Assembly (NCBI GenBank): GCA_035763845.1 | Contig: DASUAK010000022.1 | Coordinates: 1 to 56,382, forward strand | Reading direction: 5' to 3' | Length of the DNA: 56,382 bases | Source: a bacterium | Lineage (GTDB): Bacteria > Sysuimicrobiota > Sysuimicrobiia > Sysuimicrobiales > Kaftiobacteriaceae | Program-made: the position numbers and the translations under genes | Shown: piece after piece, positions 8,348 through 16,632 of the stretch | Layout: each line of letters begins with the position of its first letter | How positions within the stretch are numbered: the stretch's first letter is position 1 | Notes under the pieces: generated by a model | What the model saw: only the letters and a program-made list of their open reading frames with translations | Databases searched by the model: none | What the model was told of the DNA's origin: nothing

Positions 8348-9633
8348 AGGAAAACCGCGGGCTGCTCGGACGGGCGGAAGCCGTCCTGCGGGGGAACGAC
8401 GTGGACGGCGCGTACACGAAGCCGAGCCCCCGCCTGTATCCTCATCAGTGGAGCTGGGACAGCGCCTTCGCCGCGATCGGGTGGGCGCATCTGGACTGGA
8501 TGCGGGCGGTGCGCGAGATCGACACGCTGCTGGCCGGCCAGTGGACCGACGGGATGCTGCCTCACATCCGGTACAATCCCGCGGTCACCGACTACGCGCC
8601 GGGACCCGAGTGGTGGCCCGCCGTGCCGGTGCGCAAGAGCGGCGAGATCACGAGCGGCATCAGTCAGCCCTATATCCTCGCGTCGGCGGCGTACCTGGTA
8701 GGCATGCTCGCTCCCGATGCGCGCAGCCGGCGCGGGCTGTGGGAAGGACGCTACGACGCACTCCGTGACGCGTTGCTGTACTTCCCTCGCCGCCGCACGG
8801 TGGGCGGAAGTCCGCTGATCGTCGTCGTCCACCCCTGGGAGAGCGGGCTCGACAACAGCCCGCGCTGGGACTTCGCCACCGGGCAGGGGCACCGTCCCTC
8901 GCGGCCGTACCGCCGCGTCGACACGACGATCGTGGATCCCTCGGCGCGCCCGACCGGGAAGGACTACGACCTCTACATGTACCTGGTCGAGCTGTTCGCC
9001 GCATCGCGCTACGATCTGGCCGCCTACCTTTCCCGGACTCCGTTCGCCGTCTACGACGCACTGTTCAACGCGGCCTGGCATCGCTCGGCTCTCGACCTGA
9101 ACCGCATCGCCGCCGCGCTCGGGCGGCCCCCGGCCGTGGACGAGGCCGCGCTCCGGGCGTTCCGGGACGCCTATCACCGGACGCTGTGGGATGAGGGAGG
9201 ATCGCTCTTCCGCGACTGGGACCTCCGCGCCGGCAGGCCGATCCCCGTGGACACGCTGGCGGGAGCGATCGCGATCTACGGCGGTCTCGTCGACGCCGCC
9301 CAGGCAGCCCGCATCCTGACACGGTACCGGGAACGCTGCCGGGGCTGCACGCCGCTCCCCTCGACGCCGCCCGATCAGGAGGGGTTCGATCCCGTCAAGT
9401 ACTGGCGCGGCCCGGCCTGGGTGAACATGAACTGGATGGTCCTCCGCGGGCTGGAAGATCTCGGGCTGACCGGTCCGGCCGCGGAGCTGGCCCGGGAGAC
9501 GGTGGCTCTGGTCGGGCGATCCGGCTTCAGCGAGTACTTCCACGCGCGCACGGGTGAAGCCGCCGGCGGGGGGGAGTTCACCTGGTCCGCCTCGCTCCTG
9601 ATCGACCTGCTGAAGCGGCCGGTGGGGAGCTGA
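8344..9633 (+). CDS. GH63-like glycoside hydrolase (glucosylglycerate/mannosylglycerate hydrolase, MGH1-like family)
   Basis: ATG 8344 overlaps the upstream stop (ATGA). LYPHQWSWDSAFAAIG, HPWESGLDNSPRWD, YWRGPAWVNMNW and FSEYFHARTGE match my recollection of the mycobacterial/Thermus GgH/MgH family. Confidence 0.8.
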   Translation: MKENRGLLGRAEAVLRGNDVDGAYTKPSPRLYPHQWSWDSAFAAIGWAHLDWMRAVREIDTLLAGQWTDGMLPHIRYNPAVTDYAPGPEWWPAVPVRKSGEITSGISQPYILASAAYLVGMLAPDARSRRGLWEGRYDALRDALLYFPRRRTVGGSPLIVVVHPWESGLDNSPRWDFATGQGHRPSRPYRRVDTTIVDPSARPTGKDYDLYMYLVELFAASRYDLAAYLSRTPFAVYDALFNAAWHRSALDLNRIAAALGRPPAVDEAALRAFRDAYHRTLWDEGGSLFRDWDLRAGRPIPVDTLAGAIAIYGGLVDAAQAARILTRYRERCRGCTPLPSTPPDQEGFDPVKYWRGPAWVNMNWMVLRGLEDLGLTGPAAELARETVALVGRSGFSEYFHARTGEAAGGGEFTWSASLLIDLLKRPVGS

Positions 9634-9638
9634 CGGCG

Positions 9639-10094
9639 ATGCGCGCGGTGGTGCAGCGCGTCAGCGGGGGCAGCGTCCGGGTCGGTGAGGAGACCGTCGG
9701 CCGGATCGGGCGAGGGTACGTCGTGCTGCTGGGCGTGCACGCCGCGGACACGGAGGCCGAGGCGCGGGCGCTCGCCGAGAAGGTCGCCAACCTGCGCATC
9801 TTCGACGATGACGCGGGCAAGCTCAACCGCTCGCTCCTCGACGTCGGGGGCGAGGTGCTCTCGGTGTCGCAGTTCACCCTCTACGGGAACACGGAGAAGG
9901 GGCGGCGCCCCAGCTTCCTGGATGCCGCCCCTCCCGAGCTCGCGGACGCGCTCTATCAGGTCTTCAACGACCGCCTGCGCGCCCTCGGCGTGCCGGTCTC
10001 GACCGGCCGCTTCCGGGCCGTGATGTCCGTCGAGATCCACAACGACGGGCCGGTGACGCTTCTCCTCGAGGTCCCTCCCCCTACTGGACGTTGA
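9639..10094 (+). CDS. dtd: D-aminoacyl-tRNA deacylase
   Basis: MRAVVQRV...VLSVSQFTLYGNTEKGRRPSF...NDGPVT is the canonical Dtd sequence. Confidence 0.95.
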   Translation: MRAVVQRVSGGSVRVGEETVGRIGRGYVVLLGVHAADTEAEARALAEKVANLRIFDDDAGKLNRSLLDVGGEVLSVSQFTLYGNTEKGRRPSFLDAAPPELADALYQVFNDRLRALGVPVSTGRFRAVMSVEIHNDGPVTLLLEVPPPTGR

Positions 10095-10635
10095 AGGACA
10101 GGCTCGGCGCGTTCCAGTTCAGCAGGGTGGTGCGCAGCGACCAGTCCAGCGTGTTGATCCGCGGCACCAGCGGGAAGGCCAGGCCGAACTGCCCCCGCGT
10201 GACGCTCGTCTGGACCGTTTTCCGGGCCTCGATGTGGCGTACCACGACGGAGGCCGGCGGATGGTTGGTGATCGTCATCGCGCCGAACACCTTCGCCGAC
10301 ATTTTGGTGAGGTTGGCGATGATCGTCAGCTTCGTGAGCCACTTCGTGGCCCCGCTCGGCAGCCCGAGGGTGAACCGCCGGCTCTGGGACCCCTTCACGC
10401 CGACGAAGGTCATCGGCAGGGGGGACCGCAGGGTGAACCTGCCCGTCTTGTCCACGACCTTCGACATGCCCTTGACGGCCACGACCGTTCCGGGCACGGT
10501 CGTGCCCTCGACGGTGACGATGTTCGTGCCGCTTCCGGCGTACTTCACGCTCACCTGCATCGGCAGCGACGCCTGGGCGCCCGCCTGGCTTGCCAGCGCC
10601 AGGACCAGACCCAGCGCGATCATGATGTACCGCAT
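10081..10635 (-). CDS. Exported all-beta protein, unknown function
   Basis: GGGAGG then ATG 10635. Signal peptide MRYIMIALGLVLALASQAGAQA. High GC3 in this frame. The N-terminal part resembles a small prealbumin/CarboxypepD_reg-like module (VTVEGTTVPGTVVAVKG...DKTGRFTL). Confidence 0.7.
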   Translation of the reverse strand: MRYIMIALGLVLALASQAGAQASLPMQVSVKYAGSGTNIVTVEGTTVPGTVVAVKGMSKVVDKTGRFTLRSPLPMTFVGVKGSQSRRFTLGLPSGATKWLTKLTIIANLTKMSAKVFGAMTITNHPPASVVVRHIEARKTVQTSVTRGQFGLAFPLVPRINTLDWSLRTTLLNWNAPSLSFNVQ

Positions 10636-10725
10636 GACCGTACCTCCCACCTCGCGTGTCTCCGTACGACATGATACGGCCGCCGAAAGGGATGAGTTCA
10701 ACCGACTTTCGGCGGTCTCCTTGAA

Positions 10726-10753
10726 TTGACAGAGGGGGCGCCGGTGTTATACT
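10726..10753 (+). promoter_or_regulatory. Sigma-A type promoter of the thrS leader
   Basis: TTGACA (10726-10731), 16-nt spacer, extended -10 TGTTATACT (10745-10753). Confidence 0.6.
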
Positions 10754-10754
10754 G

Positions 10755-11002
10755 CTGCCTAGCAGGCGATGACGAGGCCGAGTAGGCCGTCGTCGGTCGA
10801 CGAGAGAGGGGAGAGCTCGGTGGGATCTCCCCCGACCGACCGGCTGAAGACCCCCTCCGAGCTGCCGCCCGAAGGCGAGTAGGGCCGGCCGGATCCTCCC
10901 CGTGACGGAGGTGCGAGCGCCGCCGGGCCCTGTGGTCCGGTGGAACCAGGGTGGAACCGCGGGTGCGCCCCGTCCCGATGTGGACGAGGGCGCTTTGTAT
11001 TT
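10755..11002 (+). promoter_or_regulatory. T-box leader (tRNA-sensing riboswitch) of thrS with intrinsic terminator
   Basis: GA/AGTA and AGAGAG stem-I motifs. T-box core AACCAGGGTGGAACCGCGGG at 10945-10964; GGTGGAACC also occurs at 10940-10948. Terminator at 10967-10993 is an 11-bp stem with one bulge, followed by TTTGTATTT. ACC triplets lie in the specifier region. Confidence 0.85.
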
Positions 11003-11014
11003 GGAGGGGCGACG

Positions 11015-12937
11015 ATGGCACGGATCAGCGTGACGCTGCCGGACGGCAGCCGCAGAGAGTACGACCGGGGTGTGACGCTCGCCCGCGTGGCGAAGGACGC
11101 CGGGGCGGGGGACGCGCTCGCCGCGAAGGTGAACGGGACGGTGCGGGATCTGGCCGTCCCCCTTCAGGGAGACGCCAGCGTCGAGCTCCTTACCTTCGAG
11201 CAGCCCGAGGGCCGCGAGGTCTACTGGCACTCATCGAGCCACCTGATGGCCCAGGCCGTGAAGGAGCTGTTCCCGGAGGCCAAGCTGGCCATCGGGCCGC
11301 CGATCGAACAGGGCTTCTACTACGACATCGACATCGGGCGGCCGTTCGGACCCGAAGATCTGGAGCGGATCGAGGCCCGCATGCGCGAGCTGGCCGCTAA
11401 GGATCAGCCCATCGAGCGGGTCGAGCTGCCCCGCGACGAGGCGATCCGCATGTACGAGCGCTCCGGGGAGAAGTACAAGGTCGAGCTGCTGCGCCAGGAC
11501 ATCCCCGACGCCCAGGTCTCCTTCTACCGGCAGGACAGCTTCCAGGACATGTGCCGCGGGCCGCACCTGCCGCGCACGGGGCTGATCAAGGCGATCAAGC
11601 TCCTCAGCACGGGCGGCGCCTACTGGCGCGGGGACGAGCACCGGGAGATGCTCTCGCGCATCTACGGGATCACCTTCCCCCGCCAGGAGCAGCTGGATGA
11701 GTTCGTGCACATGCTCGAGGAGGCGAAGCGGCGCGACCACCGCCGGCTGGGCCGCGAGCTGAAGCTCTTCACCTTCACGGAGGAGGTGGGGCAGGGGCTG
11801 CCGCTGTGGCTGCCGCGCGGGGCGACGGTGCGCCGCATCCTCGAGGACTACATCATGGAGACCGAGCGCCGGTACGGCTATCAGCACGTCTATGCTCCCG
11901 ACCTGGCGTCCTCGACGCTGTACAAGATCTCCGGCCACTGGGAGCACTTCCGCGAGAACATGTACCCGCCCATGAAGCTGGAGAACGAAGAGCTGGTGCT
12001 CAAGCCGATGAACTGCCCGCACCACATCATGATCTACAAGCAGGAGCAGCACAGCTACCGCGACCTGCCGGTGCGGATCGCCGAGCTCGGCCGGATGTAC
12101 CGGTACGAGCGGTCCGGCACCCTGACCGGGCTGCACCGGGTGCGCTCCATGACGCTGAACGACGCGCACATCTTCTGCACGCTGGAGCAGATCAAGGATG
12201 AGGTGGCGTCCGTGGTGCGCCTCATCCACGAGGTGTACCGCGACCTGAAGATCACCGAGTTCAAGAACGAGCTGGCCCTGCACGATCCGGCGGACAAGGC
12301 GGGCTTCTTCCCGGATGAGCAGCTCTGGGCGACGGCGGAGCGGATGCTGCACGAGGTCCTGGACGACCTCGGCCTGCAGTACACGCCGGTCGTGGGGGAC
12401 GCGGCCTTCTACGGCCCCAAGCTGGACGTGCAGGTGCGCACGGCCACGGGCAAGGAGGAGAGCCTCTCCACGATCCAGCTCGACTTCCTCCTGCCGCAGC
12501 GGTTCCAGCTGGAGTACATCGCCGAGGACGGGAAGGCGCACACGCCGGTGATGATCCACCGCGCGATCATCAGCACGCTGGAGCGGATGATGGCCTTCCT
12601 GATCGAGTCCTACGTCGGCGACTTTCCGCTGTGGCTGGCGCCCGAGCAGGCGCGCGTCCTGCCGATCGCCGCGCGGCATCTGGACTACGCGCGGCAGGTG
12701 AGGGTCCGCCTCGCCGGCCAGGGGTTCCGCGTCGAGCTGGACGAGAGCAACGAGCGGATGGGCTACAAGGTCCGGCGCGGCGAGGTCGAGCATGTGCCGT
12801 ACCTGCTGGTGGTGGGCGACAAGGAAGCCGCTTCCGGAGCGGTCTCGGTGCGCGCCCGGGGGCAGGGCGACCTTGGGCCGATGGCCGTCGAGCAGTTCGC
12901 GGCGCGGCTGGCCGAGCAGGTGGCTTCCAAGAACTGA
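11015..12937 (+). CDS. thrS: Threonine--tRNA ligase
   Basis: TGS domain MARISVTLPDGSRREYDRG, class-II motifs (LKPMNCPHH, RVRSMTLNDAHIF). GGAGGGG at 11003-11009 before ATG 11015. Confidence 0.97.
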   Translation: MARISVTLPDGSRREYDRGVTLARVAKDAGAGDALAAKVNGTVRDLAVPLQGDASVELLTFEQPEGREVYWHSSSHLMAQAVKELFPEAKLAIGPPIEQGFYYDIDIGRPFGPEDLERIEARMRELAAKDQPIERVELPRDEAIRMYERSGEKYKVELLRQDIPDAQVSFYRQDSFQDMCRGPHLPRTGLIKAIKLLSTGGAYWRGDEHREMLSRIYGITFPRQEQLDEFVHMLEEAKRRDHRRLGRELKLFTFTEEVGQGLPLWLPRGATVRRILEDYIMETERRYGYQHVYAPDLASSTLYKISGHWEHFRENMYPPMKLENEELVLKPMNCPHHIMIYKQEQHSYRDLPVRIAELGRMYRYERSGTLTGLHRVRSMTLNDAHIFCTLEQIKDEVASVVRLIHEVYRDLKITEFKNELALHDPADKAGFFPDEQLWATAERMLHEVLDDLGLQYTPVVGDAAFYGPKLDVQVRTATGKEESLSTIQLDFLLPQRFQLEYIAEDGKAHTPVMIHRAIISTLERMMAFLIESYVGDFPLWLAPEQARVLPIAARHLDYARQVRVRLAGQGFRVELDESNERMGYKVRRGEVEHVPYLLVVGDKEAASGAVSVRARGQGDLGPMAVEQFAARLAEQVASKN

Positions 12938-12973
12938 CCGGCACGACTGACCCGCCCGGGGCATGGCAGCGCT

Positions 12974-13009
12974 GCGGTCCTCCCGTCAGAGTCGGGGGCG
13001 GGAGGACCG
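12974..13009 (+). promoter_or_regulatory. 11-bp hairpin between thrS and comEC that contains the comEC Shine-Dalgarno
   Basis: GCGGTCCTCCC (12974-12984) pairs with GGGAGGACCGC (12999-13009). No U tract follows. The right arm holds GGAGGA, 5 nt before GTG 13012. Confidence 0.5.
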
Positions 13010-13011
13010 CT

Positions 13012-15372
13012 GTGCATCGACCCGTCGTCGTTCTGGCCTGCGCGTTCGCCGTGGGGATCGCCCTCTCGCGGACGCTGCCTCTCTCCCTTGAGGAGTGGCT
13101 GGTGATCGCCGTGCTCGTCCTGGCGGCCGCCGGCGGCCTGCTCTCGCTCGGCCGGGACGCGGTCCTCCCCCTGACAGCGGCGGCGATGTGCGCCGGGGCC
13201 CTTGTCTTCCTCTATGACGCCCGCCCGCCGCCGCACGATCCCTTTCTCGAACTGGACGGGCGGCGGGTCATCCTGACCGGCGTCGTCGCCCAGCCGCCGC
13301 TCCGCCGCGGCGACCGCCTGCGCGTGGTGATCGCGGCGGAGGCGATCGGGACGGGGGAAGGCGTGCGCTCGGTCCGCGGCCGGGTGATCGTCAGCCTGCG
13401 GCCGGCCGGCGAGACTGTGCGCTACGGCGATCTGGTCCGGGTCACGGGCCGGCTGGTGCGGCCGCCGGATCCGGGCAATCCAGGCGAGTTCTCCTACCGC
13501 GACCATCTGGCCGCGCAGGGGATCCGTGCCGCGCTGACGCTCCGCCGGGGCGATGCCGTGCGCGTCCTCGCGCGGGAGCGCGGCCATCCGGTCCTGGCGG
13601 GGATCTACGCGATCCGGGACCGGGTCGCCCGTGTCTTCACAGCCGCCCTGCCGGGCCCGCGCGGAGCGCTGCTGCTCAGCCTGCTGCTGGGGGACGACGG
13701 AGCCCTGGGTTCCGGGACGACCAACGTCTTTGCGCGGGCGGGCCTGCTGCACGTGCTGGTGGTCTCGGGCACGCAGGTGGCGTTGGTGATGGGGATGGTA
13801 GTGTGGCTGGCGCGCCTGCTGCGGGCGCCGCCCCTCCCGGCCGCGATCGCCTCCGCGCTGGCCGTCGTGGGCTTCGCCCTGATGACGGGCTGGGCGCCCT
13901 CGGTGGCCCGCGCCGCGATCATGGGCGTCATCGGCGCGTCCGCCCTGGCCGGGGGCCGCGTCTACGACGTGACGGCCGCGCTCGCCGTGGCGGCCCTCGG
14001 GCTGCTGGCGTCCTCGCCGTTCCTGCTCCTCGACGTCGGGTTCCAGCTCTCGTTCACAGCGACGTGGGCACTCGTCTACGTCGCGCCTGCGCTCCGGCCC
14101 CACCTCCGCCGCCTGCCGGGTCCTGCGGCGTCCCTCGTCGCCGTGAGCGTGTCCGCCCAGGTCGCGGTGATGCCGGTGCTGGCCTACCACTTCCAACAGG
14201 TGTCGGTGGCATCGTTCGCGGCGAACCTCATCGTGGTCCCCCTGGTGGGCCTCCTCGTGCCGGCCGGGTTCGCCGCGGCGGCCCTCGCGCTCATGCTCCC
14301 GCCGGCGGCCGCGGTCGTCCTCGCACCGCTCGCCCCGCTGTTGGACCTGATCCACCTTCTGGCGCGGTTCTTCTCCGGATTGCCGGGGGCGGCGATCCCG
14401 GTGTTTCCGCCGTCGCTGCCGCTGATCGCCGTCTTCTACCTCATCCTCTCAGGAGCAGTAGAGGTGCTGCGAGGCCGGTTCCGCTTCCGCCGTTCCGCCG
14501 CGGCCGCGGGCGCCCTGGCCGTCCTGGCGCTGTTGATCTGGGGGCGGGTCCTCGCGGGCGGCCCGGCGCTGCTCGCGGTGGCCGTCCTCGACGTCGGGCA
14601 GGGAGATGCCATCCTGCTCCGCAGTCCCTCGGGGCAGACGGTGCTGATCGACGGGGGCGGGGAGGTGGAGGGGGGCCGCGCCACGGGCTACGACGTGGGG
14701 GCCCGGCGGGTGGTACCGGCACTGCGGCATCTGGGCGTGCGGCGGCTCGACCTCGTGATCCTTTCCCATCCGCACGAAGACCATGCCGGAGGACTCGTTG
14801 CCGTCCTGCAGAACTTCAGGGTGGGTCTGGTCCTGGACAGCGGGCTGGCGCACGCGGGGCCGTCCTATGCGCGCCTGCGGGAGCTCGCCGCCGCGCGCGG
14901 TGTTCCCGTCCGTCCGGCCCGGCGGGGTATGCGGATCGATCTGGGGGACGGCGTGACCGCCGCCGTGCTGCTCCCCGAGGAGCCGCTGATCACCGGATCG
15001 GGCTCGGACCCCAACCTCAACTCGGTCGTCGTGCGGATCACCTACCACCGCGTCGGCGCGCTCTTCACGGGGGACATGGAAGCGCTGAACGAATCGCAGC
15101 TGCTCGCCCTGGGCGACGATCTCCGCAGCACCATCCTGAAGGTCGCCCACCACGGCGGCAGCACGGGCACGACGGAGGCGTTCGTGGACGCCGTGCGGCC
15201 CGCCGTCGCGGTGATCTCCGTCGGTGCGGTGAACCCCTTCGGCCATCCCCACCCCCGCACCCTCGACGTCCTCGAGGAGTGGGGCGCGGCGGTCTACCGG
15301 ACCGACCGCGACGGCGCGGTGCTCATCCACACCGACGGCCGCCGGGTGGCCGTGCGCACGGTGCGGCGTTGA
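13012..15372 (+). CDS. comEC: DNA internalization competence protein ComEC/Rec2
   Basis: Polytopic membrane core plus a C-terminal metallo-beta-lactamase domain (VLDVGQGDAILL, SHPHEDHAGG). The ORF-track N-terminal 127 aa overlap thrS and were trimmed to the SD-supported GTG 13012. Confidence 0.9.
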   Translation: MHRPVVVLACAFAVGIALSRTLPLSLEEWLVIAVLVLAAAGGLLSLGRDAVLPLTAAAMCAGALVFLYDARPPPHDPFLELDGRRVILTGVVAQPPLRRGDRLRVVIAAEAIGTGEGVRSVRGRVIVSLRPAGETVRYGDLVRVTGRLVRPPDPGNPGEFSYRDHLAAQGIRAALTLRRGDAVRVLARERGHPVLAGIYAIRDRVARVFTAALPGPRGALLLSLLLGDDGALGSGTTNVFARAGLLHVLVVSGTQVALVMGMVVWLARLLRAPPLPAAIASALAVVGFALMTGWAPSVARAAIMGVIGASALAGGRVYDVTAALAVAALGLLASSPFLLLDVGFQLSFTATWALVYVAPALRPHLRRLPGPAASLVAVSVSAQVAVMPVLAYHFQQVSVASFAANLIVVPLVGLLVPAGFAAAALALMLPPAAAVVLAPLAPLLDLIHLLARFFSGLPGAAIPVFPPSLPLIAVFYLILSGAVEVLRGRFRFRRSAAAAGALAVLALLIWGRVLAGGPALLAVAVLDVGQGDAILLRSPSGQTVLIDGGGEVEGGRATGYDVGARRVVPALRHLGVRRLDLVILSHPHEDHAGGLVAVLQNFRVGLVLDSGLAHAGPSYARLRELAAARGVPVRPARRGMRIDLGDGVTAAVLLPEEPLITGSGSDPNLNSVVVRITYHRVGALFTGDMEALNESQLLALGDDLRSTILKVAHHGGSTGTTEAFVDAVRPAVAVISVGAVNPFGHPHPRTLDVLEEWGAAVYRTDRDGAVLIHTDGRRVAVRTVRR

Positions 15373-15374
15373 CG

Positions 15375-16358
15375 ATGGCGCAGAGCGGCGCGCACGTCTA
15401 CCTGCTCCTGGGCGAGGAGGATCTCCTCGCCGACCAGGCCCTCGCCGCGCTCCTCGACCGCCTCGTACCCCCTGCCGAGCGCGACCTCAACCTCGACGTC
15501 GTGCGGGCGGACGAGGTTCCGATGAGCGACCTCATCACGCTGGTCGACACACTGCCGTTCTTCGGCCAGCGCCGCGCGGTCGTGGTGAAGGACGCCGACC
15601 TGTGGAAGCCCGCCGAGCAGGAGCGCCTGGCCGACTACCTCGACCGCGGCGCGCCGCCCTCGGCGCTGATCCTCGTCGCCGCCCAGCTGGACCGCCGGCG
15701 GCGCCTCTATGCGGCGGTCCGCAAGATGGGGGAGATCCAGGAGTTCCCCCGCCTCACCATGCGCCAGCTCCCGGCCTGGATCACCGAGCGGGTGCGCAAG
15801 GAAGGCCGGCGCATCGATCCCGATGCGGTGGAAGCGCTCATCGCGCTCGTCGGCCCGGGGCTGCGCCAGCTGACCCTGGAGCTGGAGAAGCTGTTCGCTT
15901 ACGTGGAGAGCCTGGAGCGCATCACGCGCAAGGACGTGGAGGCGGCCGTGAGCCGCCTGTCGGAGAGCACCATCTTCATGATGGTCGATGCGATCGGGCA
16001 GCGCCGGCCGGGGGACGCCCTGCGCGCCCTGGACGATATCCTGCGGGAGGAAGCGGCGCCCTACGTGCTGTTCATGATCGCCCGGCAGTTCCGGATCCTC
16101 ATGCGGGCGAGCATCCTGCGCGCGCGGAAGAAACCGTTCAGCGTGATCCAGGAAGCGGTGGGGCTGCCGCCGTACGTGGCGCGGAAGATCATGGAGCAGG
16201 TGGACAACTTTCCGCCCGGGGCCTTCCCGGCGATCTTCGCGCGGCTGGCCGAGGCCGACCGGGCGATCAAGACCGCGGGCCACAGCCGCCTGGCTCTCGA
16301 GACGCTGATCGCTTCGCTGTGTCTGCCGCAGCCCGCCGCCGCCGGAGCCGGCTCCTGA
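15375..16358 (+). CDS. holA: DNA polymerase III subunit delta
   Basis: MAQSGAHVYLLLGEEDLL...LPFFGQRRAVVVKDA is a typical HolA N-terminus. Sits in the conserved position after comEC. Confidence 0.9.
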   Translation: MAQSGAHVYLLLGEEDLLADQALAALLDRLVPPAERDLNLDVVRADEVPMSDLITLVDTLPFFGQRRAVVVKDADLWKPAEQERLADYLDRGAPPSALILVAAQLDRRRRLYAAVRKMGEIQEFPRLTMRQLPAWITERVRKEGRRIDPDAVEALIALVGPGLRQLTLELEKLFAYVESLERITRKDVEAAVSRLSESTIFMMVDAIGQRRPGDALRALDDILREEAAPYVLFMIARQFRILMRASILRARKKPFSVIQEAVGLPPYVARKIMEQVDNFPPGAFPAIFARLAEADRAIKTAGHSRLALETLIASLCLPQPAAAGAGS

Positions 16359-16362
16359 CAGA

Positions 16363-16617
16363 TCAGACGGCGCCGGTCTTTCCCGCCGTCCGGCGCAGCC
16401 GCGCCACCAGGCGGGACTTCCGCCGCGCGGCGGTGTTCTTGTGGATCTTCCCGGCGCCCGCGGCTTTGTCCAGCGCCGCGATCGCATCCTGCAGCGCCTC
16501 CGGGGTGGAGGCCTGCTTCGCCAGCGTGCGCAGGCGGGAGCTGACCGCCTGGTTCTGCTGGCGGCGCTTCTCCGACTTGCGCTTGTTCTTCAACCCTGAC
16601 TTGGACCGCTTGGCCAC
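16363..16617 (-). CDS. rpsT: 30S ribosomal protein S20
   Basis: MAKRSKSGLKNKRKSEKRRQQNQAVSSRLRT. GTG start with AGGAGG 6 nt upstream (16624-16629). Confidence 0.97.
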   Translation of the reverse strand: MAKRSKSGLKNKRKSEKRRQQNQAVSSRLRTLAKQASTPEALQDAIAALDKAAGAGKIHKNTAARRKSRLVARLRRTAGKTGAV

Positions 16618-16632
16618 CGCGAACCTCCTGGG

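Noticed and set aside
10081-10635. Lower overall GC of the exported-protein gene as a sign of horizontal acquisition.
   Set aside because: Third codon positions are as G/C-rich as in neighbouring genes. The lower GC comes from amino-acid composition (T/V/K/N/S-rich), not from foreign codon usage.
10680-10715. 10-bp inverted repeat CCGCCGAAAG...CTTTCGGCGG just upstream of the thrS promoter, considered as a terminator or small RNA.
   Set aside because: It has no U tract on either strand and a 16-nt loop. It lies in a divergent promoter region where no upstream transcript obviously needs terminating. There is not enough evidence to call a feature.
12631-13011. N-terminal 127 codons of the comEC ORF-track entry, overlapping the 3' end of thrS.
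   Set aside because: The segment is the alternative frame of thrS (Arg/Gly/Ala-rich). The recognisable ComEC membrane domain starts after GTG 13012, which has a well-spaced GGAGGA.
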